The position numbers and the translations under genes are program-made. From a virus, in IMG/VR virus record IMGVR_UViG_3300027749_000062, positions 32,001-96,000 of that record: a stretch of DNA of 64,000 nt; one strand, 5' to 3'. Within the stretch, counting starts at the first letter, position 1. Each line of letters begins with the position of its first letter. Below the pieces are notes generated by a model. The model was given only the letters and a program-made list of their open reading frames with translations, was not told the origin of the DNA and ran no database searches. Below are positions 19,338-30,191 of this stretch, in pieces.

Positions 19338-19559
19338 TTAACCTTTTATTAGTAATTGTTGCAACAACGATTTAATCTCGGACATGTCCGATTTGATGCA
19401 ATCTATTTCTGATTTTACTTTATTTATTTCTTCTTTTTGAATCTTTACCAACCTAAGTTTATTATAATACTCATTTTTTTCTGTACTATCTGTAGGCAAA
19501 AGAGCTCTACTGTTTATATCACGAACAAAATTTGTTCCAGTAACTCTTACTAGTTCCAT
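19338..19559 (-). CDS. Conserved small T4-like protein (C-terminal coiled coil)
   Basis: 73 aa. V.G..FVRD..SRALL...EIKSLLQQL, typically found after the VrlC-like gene. Confidence 0.65.
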   Translation of the reverse strand: MELVRVTGTNFVRDINSRALLPTDSTEKNEYYNKLRLVKIQKEEINKVKSEIDCIKSDMSEIKSLLQQLLIKG

Positions 19560-19560
19560 T

Positions 19561-21753
19561 TTAGATTCCTGTTCCTGCTGGCAATGCTAATGCACGAATA
19601 TCAGTTAAGAAAGGAACATTTGTATTATCACTTGTCGCTAAAACAATTTTGATTGCAAATTGAATAAATGATGTATACTTTTGACCTGTTGTTGCACTTA
19701 CATAACTGATGCTGTTGTTTGCTTGGTTACTTGCATAAATGCCAGGCGCAGCTTCATATTCATACAAATCGGTTCTAGATGTGGAAAATGTATTTGGATT
19801 CTGCATAGTTGTCATCAACTGCCAGTTACCTGATTCAAACGGAGCTGTATCTAATGAATTCAAAATTTTGTAATAAACATAGATAGCTGTACCTAATGGT
19901 TTATATGCAGTATAAAATACTCTTAAATCACCTGAATCATTTCCTGGTGCAAGTACAACTTTCTTAGTGAAATATTTTGCATATGAATTACCACCTTTTG
20001 ATGATGTTTCACCTGTTACTGTAACAACAGCATTTGCATTTCCTCCGCGAGTAGCTGGATTGGAAATTGTAATTGTTGGTGATGTTAGATAACCAGAACC
20101 TGGTGTAATTGCATATACAGAAGTAATTGCACCGTTGGCATTTGCAGTAAATCCTAATGTTGCAACATTTGAACCAACATCTGGACTTGAAATTGATATT
20201 GTTGTTGCATTGACGTTATAACCATAACCTGGATTGGTAATAGATATAACATTATTACCAATTCCCATGTTATTGATGAGATAAGAAATCGCATACATCG
20301 TAACACCATCGTCCGAAATGATTGGGGTCACGTTAGGATCACTTGTGGCCATTGTTGCATACAATGAGAAGGAATTATTTGAATACTTTAATAGGGTTCT
20401 TTCTCCATTTCCATCATTTAAGTAAATGTCATCAGGTAAAGGACTTCCTAATCTTCCAGGAGTAATTGAATTTGTACCTGTTGGTACATTTCCAGTCTTT
20501 AATGTTGCTGTATATGAATAATTGATACTTGTTCCTGTTGGTGCAAGGTCAGTTGTGGTGATATTCATTGCATCATAAACTCTACTTGGAGAATAATTAC
20601 CAAATATCTGTGAGGCACTATTCGCATCTATCTTATTCAAAATATCTTGGTTGCCCATTTTTCTAAATGGCAAACCTTTGGGTACAGTAAACTGAACCGA
20701 AGCTGTGGTTGTAGAGAACACACATTTATCAATAACAAACATCAAATCTTTTGTTTGGTCTGCTGACCATGTTATACCATTTTGAGATTCAAACAAAGCA
20801 CCAACATAAGGAGCTGCACCAATTTTTGTTGGATTACTTGGATTTGCATCTGATACATTAGCTTTTGCAGTAGAGGGTACAGCTATTTGATTTTGTTGAC
20901 CATAATAAAGTACATAATCTTTAGAAGCTGAATTAACAATAAAAGCGTACAATACACCAGATTGAATATAAACCGGTGCATCAAAAACAAATTCTGTATA
21001 AGCACTTGGATCCAAATAATGTGGTGTGCTGGATGTGTTTACTTGGTTTGGAAGTAACATAACCGTAGAGTAATCTAATGTAGAACCATCAGGATAACCA
21101 TTAATTGTAGGTACAACACTAATTTTTACTGGAATATTTGTTGAAGGTTTTGAATAGAAAAATAATTTGATTGAGTATAAGAAAATGCCATTGGGGTAAT
21201 TATCTTTTGAAACAATAAATGTTTGTGCAACCGGATCACTATTACCTGTTTGTACGGTAGTAGAACGAGTCGTTGTAACTGAACTAATTAATTGATTGGC
21301 TCTTTGATTTACTTGAGTAAATACAGATTTAGAAGAATCTATTGAAGGTGCAAAATCTAATTTTTGTGAGGATGTTGAAAGACCTGAGGCGACAAATGTT
21401 CCTTCGGCAAATGTTGTTGCGGTTGTTAAATCTGTGGCCACAGTTCTATTATCTACGCGAAATACTCTACTTCCGGTTTGAAATGTAGTGGAAGGAACAT
21501 TGAAAATACCAACAAAATTACCAGCTTCATCTGTCGAAGGTTTAGCTAATGAGTTTCCAGTTTGCACCGCCGAGCTAATTTTAGTTAAATTGCCTGAAAT
21601 GGAATAACGAGAACTAATATCTCCACCCATTTCTGTATTTGTACCCAACGATAAATTTACAGGAGTACTAAGTGTAACAAGTTTTGTTACCGGATCATAT
21701 GCTGTAATGGTTGCAGAATAAGTGTAAAGACTTGAGCGATAAAGTGTTGTCAT
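19561..21753 (-). CDS. VrlC/DUF4815-like baseplate structural protein, C-terminal half
   Basis: 730 aa. DPVAQTF, GIFLYSIKLFF, GALFESQNG.TWSADQ..DLMF, AKYFTKKVVL and F.QFAIKIVL...VP...DIRALA motifs. Confidence 0.8.
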   Translation of the reverse strand: MTTLYRSSLYTYSATITAYDPVTKLVTLSTPVNLSLGTNTEMGGDISSRYSISGNLTKISSAVQTGNSLAKPSTDEAGNFVGIFNVPSTTFQTGSRVFRVDNRTVATDLTTATTFAEGTFVASGLSTSSQKLDFAPSIDSSKSVFTQVNQRANQLISSVTTTRSTTVQTGNSDPVAQTFIVSKDNYPNGIFLYSIKLFFYSKPSTNIPVKISVVPTINGYPDGSTLDYSTVMLLPNQVNTSSTPHYLDPSAYTEFVFDAPVYIQSGVLYAFIVNSASKDYVLYYGQQNQIAVPSTAKANVSDANPSNPTKIGAAPYVGALFESQNGITWSADQTKDLMFVIDKCVFSTTTASVQFTVPKGLPFRKMGNQDILNKIDANSASQIFGNYSPSRVYDAMNITTTDLAPTGTSINYSYTATLKTGNVPTGTNSITPGRLGSPLPDDIYLNDGNGERTLLKYSNNSFSLYATMATSDPNVTPIISDDGVTMYAISYLINNMGIGNNVISITNPGYGYNVNATTISISSPDVGSNVATLGFTANANGAITSVYAITPGSGYLTSPTITISNPATRGGNANAVVTVTGETSSKGGNSYAKYFTKKVVLAPGNDSGDLRVFYTAYKPLGTAIYVYYKILNSLDTAPFESGNWQLMTTMQNPNTFSTSRTDLYEYEAAPGIYASNQANNSISYVSATTGQKYTSFIQFAIKIVLATSDNTNVPFLTDIRALALPAGTGI

Positions 21754-21772
21754 TTATTTTTCCAAAATTTTA

Positions 21773-24700
21773 TTAATTATTTATTGTCTTGGGAAATGAT
21801 TTATCACCAAAAACTCTACTAATTGTATATAAGAAAGCAAATAGTGCCCACATTCCGTAACCTGTTACTATACCAGCTTGCTTGTCTTTTCTTGGTAATA
21901 AGTTGACTATTTTACTAATTGGTTTACCAATATTCATAATAATTTTACCAGCGAGATTATCTTTATCTCTCTTACCCATTATATATGCCATATGTTCAGC
22001 CCAAGGTGTTGCAATTCTATGAGCCCATTTTGTTGCAAGTTTTGCTTGGACTTCAGAACGCTTCTTATCATCTTTAATCCAGAACATACATTGTGGACCT
22101 TCACCGGACATCCAATCAACAACAACTGTAGCCCAACGAATATAACCATGATAGGCCGCAGGGTCATTCAATTTTAACAATTCACCAAATTCTTGGTCCG
22201 CCTTGTAAATTGATTCATCCATTAGTCCCAATTGGTATAGTTTGGTACAGATAATTTTACCTCCACCACCGCCACCTCCAGAAGGTTTTGGTGGAGGTGG
22301 AACATATGTTGCAGATACATCGAGACTGTAAACATATTTTGATGTAATGTTAATTGTTGAACCAACATAGTAACTAGAAGTATTTGAAGCAGTAGCTGGA
22401 TCCAATCTTAATTGAGTTGCACCAACAAACCACTCTGCGCCAGCTGGCATTCTAACCGAAGTTCCTGCATTAGTATATGTAATCGGTGGATTAATTGTAG
22501 TATACACTATCGTGTTTGATGCATTCTTAATTGTTGCACCAAAAGCTGATGTTGTTGTACCTGAACTTGTTGCGGTCCATCCAAGTTTTACCGTTGTTGG
22601 TGCATTTGATACTGTATAAGTAAAAGTTGTTGTTGATGCTGGTGTGTTCGTTAAAGAAGTTCCAATGCTTGTACCATTCGCATAAACTGTTGCTGAACCT
22701 GATGCACCAACCTCTATCGTGTAAATTCCGTTAGCTGTGAGTGTGACGGGTGAGGTAAAATTGAAATTGGTACTATTAGTTCCATCACCCCAAACTCCAT
22801 AGTTATTCAATAGTGATGAATAACCTTGTACTATTGGTGTTCCAAATATTTGTGTTGTTGTATTACCATTTAATGTATTTGACCAACCACCACCAACACC
22901 ACTAATTGAACCACTTTGGCTTATGTTTATTACTGAATTAGAGGCTACTGTTCCTGATGCAGAAGAAGACAAGTAATTTCCACTAGAGTCAAATGTTGCA
23001 TTCCTTAAAGTTGTAGATCCTAATAAATTAGGAACACCAAGAATATCTGAAACATATAAACGAACTTTTGTCGTATCTGTATAATAATAAACAGTTGTTA
23101 CACGAGCAATTGGATAGAACACACTGGCAATATAAAAACCAATAATATCATCATTATTAAATGTGCCAGAAACACCTGTCAATTCAATTGTATTTGGAGC
23201 AGTCATGTATCGTGATACATCTACACCATCAAAGAATGTCGATACATTTGAATTGACCAACAAACCAGATGCACGAATAATAACTTGTTGCGGTCTAATG
23301 TAAGGCAATACTGTAATATTAGTCAAGTATCCATTATTAATTCCAAATGTGGAAGAAGTAGGATTATATGCACCTGAAGTAACATTTTGAATTTGACTTG
23401 CATATGTTTGCGTTGTTGTGCTTACAGTAGTTGTCCTAGATGTACTAGTAGTGGATACGCTTGAGCTAGAACTACTACTTGATGATAATGTTCCTGGAAT
23501 AGTTTGATAATCACCTGAATTTAACAAGTTAACACCAGTTGTGGCTTGATATATTTGAAAATTAGGATTAGTAACTAAAATCGCTGGTGCTTGATTGTTA
23601 TCTACCCAATTGTCCATTGGTGGGTTCATTTGTAATAACCCCTGTTGGACTGAAACATTGAATGGATTTACAGAAACTGTACTACTTGCAAGTGGTTGAA
23701 CAGCAACATTTTCTGTTGTGTATGGTAAAGTAAACAGATTTGTTTGAGCACCATTGATGCTATTAATTCTATAACTATTTGTATTTGCTATCGTTCCTAA
23801 ACTCGCAAGCACAACAGGATTTTGGAGTTGAAAATTATCAACCAATTGCAATGCAGTTAGTTGATTTTTACGAACATTGATGTTTGCAGCATAGTCTGGA
23901 TTTTGTGTGTCTGCTGTTCCAAATGATGAAAAATCATCAACCAATATACCATTCTTAAAACGATTTAAACCATTAGCATCAGGAATTTGTAAAGAACTAG
24001 CTTTTTGTTCCAAAATACTTAATGATGTATAATATTCTAAATTATTAACACGGGTTTCTAAATCTGTAATATCTTCTTTAGCCCAACGCTTGTGAATAAT
24101 TTTATTGATAGACAAGTTTGATGGAACACCAGGTGTACCCTCACCAGGAACAAAAGCTGTATATGGGTCGTGAAATAAATTTGCAATTATCATAGAACCA
24201 GATGGTTCATTTGGCAATAATGGATTAACAGAAGGTGTACCTTGAATTATATTAAAACTCTTATCTTTTGTTAATACTAATTTGTCGTTTCTACCCAAAT
24301 AGTATTGATAGAAACCTGTAAAGTTTGATAAATTATTGGGTATCAACATACCAATATCATTCGTAGAAGTTTGTGTACCTGAATATTCCCAAACATATGC
24401 AGTCTGACCATTAACTCGGCAAGGCCTAAAATCAATACAATCTCTTAATGCATATTGTACACCATCTTTAGCTGTGTATGAACCAATTTGTGCATAAGCT
24501 TCTGCTGAACTCGATACACCACCATAAGTTGAGCCTGATGTATTATATGATTGGATACTGAAATAACCATCACCAGAAGATGCTTGTGTGTGAGAATAGT
24601 AATCTACAGCAACAAGAATATTTCCTGAAGGAATCGGCGCACCTGGAATCAATGAAACCGATGCATGGTCATAGAAACTATCTCTTTGGCCATTGTCTAA

Positions 24701-27085
24701 TGTGAAATAAGAAGTAATATCTGTATAATTTGACAATGAACCTGATGGATTTGTACCAGCAACACCTGAATCAAATACACCTACAATTCTTTTAACATCA
24801 TTTACATACAATGACATTTTTCCAGTTGCTGTAATGTCTGTTTTACTAATTGTAATTTGACCTTTTGTTAAATCCTGATAAGAATTTGTTCCAGAAACTG
24901 ATGCAAGTGTACCAACAGTTACGGTGTTACCCGTAACTAAAGATTTTGATTTTAAAACATAACTTGAAGAATCACCACTGCTTGCTTGGACTTGTGCAAT
25001 AATTGTAACATTTTTATTTGTACCAACACCAGAACCAACTGTAAATGTTGCTTGAGTTTTATCAGAAGAAATTGAAATTGTATTACCTGATGTAGTAAAA
25101 TCTAAAACATTACCTGTTGAATTATCAACAACCATGAATAATTGCGGCGCAGATGAACTATCTAAAGTACCTGTACCTTCAAATCTTAATGGATTACTTG
25201 CATTGCCTGATGTTGCTTGTAGTGTTAATGTATTACCAGTAAATGTTTTTGAACGATATACTCTTTGTGTAAAATAAGAAGTGGTGGTTAATTGTGCAAC
25301 ATATGGATAACCAATTTGAAATATTAATTCGGGTGAAACTTGTGAATATAATATTGTATCTGAATTTGCAAGACCATTAACTTTACCACTTGCTGCATTT
25401 ATATTCACATTTGCGGTTAGCGCATAAGAACCAGAACCGGCAGTTTTAACAATAGATTCAACATCATAATTTTCATATATCAATGAGAAAGTTGATGTTG
25501 CTGTTGGTGTTACTGTGAATGGAGAATCCACATTTACTACTTTGGAAGCACCATTGTAACTTGTAATATTTCTCAAATCAATAATACCGCCAGTATTCAT
25601 ACTTACTGTTACATTGAAGTAAGAATTTGAAGTGGCTGAGAATGAACCGTTTGTATCATTAATTGTGAAGGTTGTTGCAGTGCCTGATGTAACATTTCCG
25701 GATAATGTGTTTGCAGCAAAATCTGAAATATATGCATTGAAAATATATGTTTTAGTATTTGTTCCAGTACCTGAATTATATTTCAAGTTACGCATGAAAG
25801 CAGAACCAATCAATGTTGATGAATAAGTTGTAGTATTTGTTGAAACAATGTTAGCTGCAGGAACACAATGCAAATCAACTTGAGGCAATGTAGAAATATC
25901 AAATACACCATTAGAGGTGTCTACAACAAAATAATTTCCGTAATCCACATAAACTGGATTATTACTGATATTTGCAACAGACTGAGCTCTTGTGTTTGTT
26001 AATTTAATATCAGATTGGTTCTCTACTCGATAACCATGAACATATGCAACACCTTTACTAATACTTAAATCATAGGTTGTATTTGATGTAGAATTTGCAG
26101 ATGGTGTTAGTTTGAAATCATTAACAATATAATCACCATTTGTTTCATAATCACGTTTTGCAAAGTAATCATCGATGGTTGAGTAAACAGTGCCATCAAC
26201 TTGTTTTAAAATATTACCATTTTCAATCCGAACCAATTCAATAAAATTATCATCATTACCTAAAGTCAAAGGCAACGTAATCAATGTTAGTGTGATAACA
26301 TATCTGTCTGCACCCGGTGCTTGATAGTTGGATGCACCAATAGCAGGATCCAACAAAGAAGAATCATTGATGTAATCGTAAATTGTTTCTGTAATTTGTA
26401 AACCAATGCGGTATGATGGTAAATTATCATACTTGTCTAAAATGATTGTCTGTGGATTAACAGTAACAAAGTTACCTATTGAATATTGGATGCCAGTACT
26501 ATTTGAAATGGAATATCCATTAACAACATAAAATACACCATTCGCAATAGAAGCAACCGATGAAAGACCAGTTGAAGATATGGTTGTTGATACTGAATTA
26601 ACTACTGTAGTGGTCGATGTAGCGACAGAAGCATAGTATGTTGAACCTGTGCTTGTTGAAATAACACTACCATCGGTAAATTGAGCACCTGAGAGATATG
26701 TTACAATCAATGTTGGTGGGTCACCAACGGTGGAACCACTAGTTGTAGTTTCAGCCGTAGCAATAACTCTAGCAAGAATTGTTCCTGTTGAATCTTGAAT
26801 AATTTGGCCTGCGAAATTCCCAGCAGTTACTGTAATACCATTGTAAGTATTGTTCAGTTTAATATAATAACATTGTTGATTAAGTGTGACTTGTCCACCC
26901 GAAACTGGTGTATTTGTAGAATATATCGCAGAAGCAAATTCAGAAATTTGATTCTGTAAAATTGTTTGAGACTGTGTTAATTCACGAGCTTGAACCGCAG
27001 AACCTGGCTTAAACAGTATGCGGTGAAAGTTTTTTGATGGGTCAAAATCGTCAAAATATGGACCAACATTGAAATTTAAAGACAT
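21773..27085 (-). CDS. VrlC/DUF4815-like baseplate structural protein, N-terminal part, with C-terminal GGGG-KIICT domain
   Basis: 1770 aa. PYFDDFD..KNFHRILFKPG.AVQARELTQ.Q.ILQNQI, APGADR, RVNNLEYYTSLS.LE and RFKNGILVDDF motifs. Confidence 0.85.
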   Translation of the reverse strand: MSLNFNVGPYFDDFDPSKNFHRILFKPGSAVQARELTQSQTILQNQISEFASAIYSTNTPVSGGQVTLNQQCYYIKLNNTYNGITVTAGNFAGQIIQDSTGTILARVIATAETTTSGSTVGDPPTLIVTYLSGAQFTDGSVISTSTGSTYYASVATSTTTVVNSVSTTISSTGLSSVASIANGVFYVVNGYSISNSTGIQYSIGNFVTVNPQTIILDKYDNLPSYRIGLQITETIYDYINDSSLLDPAIGASNYQAPGADRYVITLTLITLPLTLGNDDNFIELVRIENGNILKQVDGTVYSTIDDYFAKRDYETNGDYIVNDFKLTPSANSTSNTTYDLSISKGVAYVHGYRVENQSDIKLTNTRAQSVANISNNPVYVDYGNYFVVDTSNGVFDISTLPQVDLHCVPAANIVSTNTTTYSSTLIGSAFMRNLKYNSGTGTNTKTYIFNAYISDFAANTLSGNVTSGTATTFTINDTNGSFSATSNSYFNVTVSMNTGGIIDLRNITSYNGASKVVNVDSPFTVTPTATSTFSLIYENYDVESIVKTAGSGSYALTANVNINAASGKVNGLANSDTILYSQVSPELIFQIGYPYVAQLTTTSYFTQRVYRSKTFTGNTLTLQATSGNASNPLRFEGTGTLDSSSAPQLFMVVDNSTGNVLDFTTSGNTISISSDKTQATFTVGSGVGTNKNVTIIAQVQASSGDSSSYVLKSKSLVTGNTVTVGTLASVSGTNSYQDLTKGQITISKTDITATGKMSLYVNDVKRIVGVFDSGVAGTNPSGSLSNYTDITSYFTLDNGQRDSFYDHASVSLIPGAPIPSGNILVAVDYYSHTQASSGDGYFSIQSYNTSGSTYGGVSSSAEAYAQIGSYTAKDGVQYALRDCIDFRPCRVNGQTAYVWEYSGTQTSTNDIGMLIPNNLSNFTGFYQYYLGRNDKLVLTKDKSFNIIQGTPSVNPLLPNEPSGSMIIANLFHDPYTAFVPGEGTPGVPSNLSINKIIHKRWAKEDITDLETRVNNLEYYTSLSILEQKASSLQIPDANGLNRFKNGILVDDFSSFGTADTQNPDYAANINVRKNQLTALQLVDNFQLQNPVVLASLGTIANTNSYRINSINGAQTNLFTLPYTTENVAVQPLASSTVSVNPFNVSVQQGLLQMNPPMDNWVDNNQAPAILVTNPNFQIYQATTGVNLLNSGDYQTIPGTLSSSSSSSSSVSTTSTSRTTTVSTTTQTYASQIQNVTSGAYNPTSSTFGINNGYLTNITVLPYIRPQQVIIRASGLLVNSNVSTFFDGVDVSRYMTAPNTIELTGVSGTFNNDDIIGFYIASVFYPIARVTTVYYYTDTTKVRLYVSDILGVPNLLGSTTLRNATFDSSGNYLSSSASGTVASNSVINISQSGSISGVGGGWSNTLNGNTTTQIFGTPIVQGYSSLLNNYGVWGDGTNSTNFNFTSPVTLTANGIYTIEVGASGSATVYANGTSIGTSLTNTPASTTTFTYTVSNAPTTVKLGWTATSSGTTTSAFGATIKNASNTIVYTTINPPITYTNAGTSVRMPAGAEWFVGATQLRLDPATASNTSSYYVGSTINITSKYVYSLDVSATYVPPPPKPSGGGGGGGKIICTKLYQLGLMDESIYKADQEFGELLKLNDPAAYHGYIRWATVVVDWMSGEGPQCMFWIKDDKKRSEVQAKLATKWAHRIATPWAEHMAYIMGKRDKDNLAGKIIMNIGKPISKIVNLLPRKDKQAGIVTGYGMWALFAFLYTISRVFGDKSFPKTINN

Positions 27086-27094
27086 TTTTTTCCT

Positions 27095-28519
27095 TTAGTA
27101 TCCTAGTACAAATTTAAATTGCTCGATGCCATCAACGCTTCTTTGAACACCAACACGATTCTCAATATATGTTATATATCCTGAAAATGGAATGAGTGAA
27201 GGTGAAGTTACAGAGAAAACCACCCTCGATGCACCTGAAGATAAACCAATAATTGATTGGCCAACTGTATATGTTCCATTTATATTTATCAACTGTAATA
27301 TATTCGTTGATGTGTTGAAATTTAAGACTGTTCCGTAGTAAATAACATTTCCATTATTATCGAATTGTTGTACAATTTCATCGGCCGTGTAGACATTTCC
27401 TGCACCAGCTGAAACTAGAAATTGGGTTGAAGTGTTATATATTGCACCATTTGCGAGTGCTGGACCAGAGGAACCATATACTTGTGGATTAATAAGAAGT
27501 CCAACTTGGCGATAATTTACACCGGTTGTAGGCAAAACACCATTTTCAGAACCATTGAATTCAACTGAATACATTACATGATTGCAACCCAACTCAGATA
27601 TTGGATCGTATGCATGGCCGCCGACTGGTGAAATAGGAGCTACGGCTGTTGCACCAGAACCTAATGAAGAAATATAACTTAGATTCGCTGAGGTGTATGC
27701 CTTGATTGATACATTTGCATATGTATAATTGTTTCCTGCAAAACCTGTTTTGACAACAATATCATTAATTACACCATTGGTTATCTGTGAACTTGTTATA
27801 TTTGCAACGGTTCCTGTACCATCACCTGTTACGGTAACCACAATATATGTGTTAACTGCATCATATCCTGATCCTCCGTTTGTTACATTTATTACCTCAA
27901 TGTCTCCGCAACCTGCGTTAGTCAGATATGGTTGAGGTGTGTTTGCACCAACAGGGATAGGCATCCAATCAGTATCCAAGAAACTTTTCTTGAGACCTGC
28001 ATCAATTGTATACATGTATTTCCATTTATACAGGTCATTACCTTGATAGATATTATTTGTTCCGTATGAACCTGGTTGAAAATATGGCTCAGAAGTTGAC
28101 AGTCCGCCATTATTATTCGCAAGACATTTGAAAACTTGGTCGTAACGGTTCTTTACATAAAAATTATAAAGTGGAAATCCATTGGCATCTTTTGCATTCA
28201 TGTTTACTGAATCGGAATATGCAAAGAAATTGGTGTTATTTGCCCAATTAATCCTTTGAATAACAGGTGAAATGTTACTGGAGTTAATTAGTTTTGCTCC
28301 AAACATATTTTTAAACACTCTTTTCAGATATGTCTGGTCTTCTGTCGGTTGTGTTGGTGTTTCACTTGAATTCACTATTGGCCATGAATCCTCTTGGCCA
28401 ATAAAAGCATATATGGAATTAATGGTAGCACCATTGAGTTTGACTGTCGGATTGTAATAATCCGTCTCAACTCTGATTACTTTTGCTTGATTTGTGAGTA
28501 TGTTTAGATTTGATGCCAT
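27095..28519 (-). CDS. gp8: Baseplate wedge protein
   Basis: 474 aa. VFKCL.NN, YKWKYMYTI, WMPIP, GGH..DPI.EL, YRQVGL..NP, YIENR..R...E..K.VL motifs. Confidence 0.85.
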   Translation of the reverse strand: MASNLNILTNQAKVIRVETDYYNPTVKLNGATINSIYAFIGQEDSWPIVNSSETPTQPTEDQTYLKRVFKNMFGAKLINSSNISPVIQRINWANNTNFFAYSDSVNMNAKDANGFPLYNFYVKNRYDQVFKCLANNNGGLSTSEPYFQPGSYGTNNIYQGNDLYKWKYMYTIDAGLKKSFLDTDWMPIPVGANTPQPYLTNAGCGDIEVINVTNGGSGYDAVNTYIVVTVTGDGTGTVANITSSQITNGVINDIVVKTGFAGNNYTYANVSIKAYTSANLSYISSLGSGATAVAPISPVGGHAYDPISELGCNHVMYSVEFNGSENGVLPTTGVNYRQVGLLINPQVYGSSGPALANGAIYNTSTQFLVSAGAGNVYTADEIVQQFDNNGNVIYYGTVLNFNTSTNILQLININGTYTVGQSIIGLSSGASRVVFSVTSPSLIPFSGYITYIENRVGVQRSVDGIEQFKFVLGY

Positions 28520-28529
28520 GATTTATTTA

Positions 28530-30188
28530 TTAAGCGTGGGTGACAGAACAGAAAGTATTTTGCACGGTACCATCTATTGACATATATCTAAGAAATACAG
28601 TTGATGTTCCTGGAATATTATATGTTGTTGCATTTAAGGTTGAATTTAATGCTGATACTCCTGTAGTTAATGTTTGGTTTGTTCCAGCAGTGTTTGTTAT
28701 CCATGCAACAACTTCTTTACCTGCCAGTAAATTTGATAGTGTAACAACTAAACCTGTGGACGTTTGAGCCCTAACAACAGAAGTATTTGCATGGTCAATT
28801 GTTATTGCGGTTTGAGCACCAGGATATACTATTGGAGTATAAACAAAACCTTTTTGCGGTTCAACACGGCCTGTAAAAGTTACAGAATCTGCATTAAATA
28901 ACGCGATTCTTTGAATTGTATTTGAACCAACTGGTGTATTATAAAATTCAATACGAGTTCCTCTTGCAGAATCGGTAAAATTTTCAGATGCAACAAAGTC
29001 AATTTTTGTTGGACTGGATCCAGGAAATTGTGTTCCTGTGAAACCATTTCCAACAATTCTCATCATAATGTCATTGTTTGAAGTTGCTGCAGGTGCCGCA
29101 GATGAACCGCGACCCATACGGCCGATTAAAACAGGATAGGTATTTTGACCAAAACTATCTAATACTAAGCGTGTTGTTGTGTTTGCTTTACCGGTAATCT
29201 GCAACATATAATTTGTATTTGATGCTTGATAAGCCGTATTAGCTCCAGTTATCTGTATAAAAGCGGTATTTGGATCAAAAGTTGTGTTGTTGAAATCTAT
29301 TAGTGTTCCGTTAGTTACTAGATTGCCTGTTATATTAATATCTTTAGTGATGTTTGTTGTACGATTGATAACCAAATTTGCAGTTGCTATTGATTGGCCA
29401 ATAATCATATCAACAGTTGTTAATGCTGAATATATTGTATTATTTGCAAGTGCTAAACTACCAATATTACCGGTATTAGCAACAACTGCACCTGTAATAG
29501 TTAAAGAACCTGAAAAAGTGCCTGTTGTATTTGCAAGTGCATTATTTGCTTTAGCAAATGCAGACTGTGAGTATGCATTAGAAGCAGCTGCGGTGTTCTG
29601 AGAAGTTCCATCTGAGAAGAAAATTTGATTTCCATTGACCATCTTGAAACCGGTAGAAGTCATCTTAGCAATAACATTGGATGATGTGCCACCAGAAACC
29701 ATAAATCTAGTTTCTGTATTTGATGTTGTAGTACCAATAATCAAATTACCACCAAGTAATCCTGCTGAACTTCCGCCTTGAACATAAAGATAACCATCTA
29801 ATGGAGCAACAGCAGTACCGATGTTATTGAATTCGGAACCTGGTTGATATGCAGGATTTGCCAAACCTAAATCTAAGAAATATGTAGAATCTGTACCATT
29901 GTTTGCAGTAATAACATGGTCAGCTGTGCCGCCGCCATTCAGGTTAACAAAGTTGGTTTGTACATATGATTCACCGGCCAATGAAAACTGTGCAATCGTA
30001 TTAGGTAAAAGGGTGGTATTGTTACCTACAACCAATGCAGTATTCGCATAAAGACCAGCTGCTAATGTTCCGGCAGAAAACTGGAATGTTTGTGCAGAGG
30101 GTATATCAATACCAACAAACAAAGTGTTTGCTGTGTTTGCATTGATTGTTGAAAATTTAGGTAATTCTGAGATTTTAATTGTTGACAT
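28530..30188 (-). CDS. Baseplate-attached fibre/structural protein
   Basis: 552 aa. N-terminal KISELP attachment motif; beta-rich. Confidence 0.6.
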   Translation of the reverse strand: MSTIKISELPKFSTINANTANTLFVGIDIPSAQTFQFSAGTLAAGLYANTALVVGNNTTLLPNTIAQFSLAGESYVQTNFVNLNGGGTADHVITANNGTDSTYFLDLGLANPAYQPGSEFNNIGTAVAPLDGYLYVQGGSSAGLLGGNLIIGTTTSNTETRFMVSGGTSSNVIAKMTSTGFKMVNGNQIFFSDGTSQNTAAASNAYSQSAFAKANNALANTTGTFSGSLTITGAVVANTGNIGSLALANNTIYSALTTVDMIIGQSIATANLVINRTTNITKDINITGNLVTNGTLIDFNNTTFDPNTAFIQITGANTAYQASNTNYMLQITGKANTTTRLVLDSFGQNTYPVLIGRMGRGSSAAPAATSNNDIMMRIVGNGFTGTQFPGSSPTKIDFVASENFTDSARGTRIEFYNTPVGSNTIQRIALFNADSVTFTGRVEPQKGFVYTPIVYPGAQTAITIDHANTSVVRAQTSTGLVVTLSNLLAGKEVVAWITNTAGTNQTLTTGVSALNSTLNATTYNIPGTSTVFLRYMSIDGTVQNTFCSVTHA

Positions 30189-30191
30189 TTT

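Noticed and set aside
21754-22260. Canonical intein or group I intron explaining the split gene
   Set aside because: There are no Hint block motifs, no terminal His-Asn and no in-frame C-extein. The insert is a clean in-frame coding domain ending in a stop, and I saw no group I core elements.
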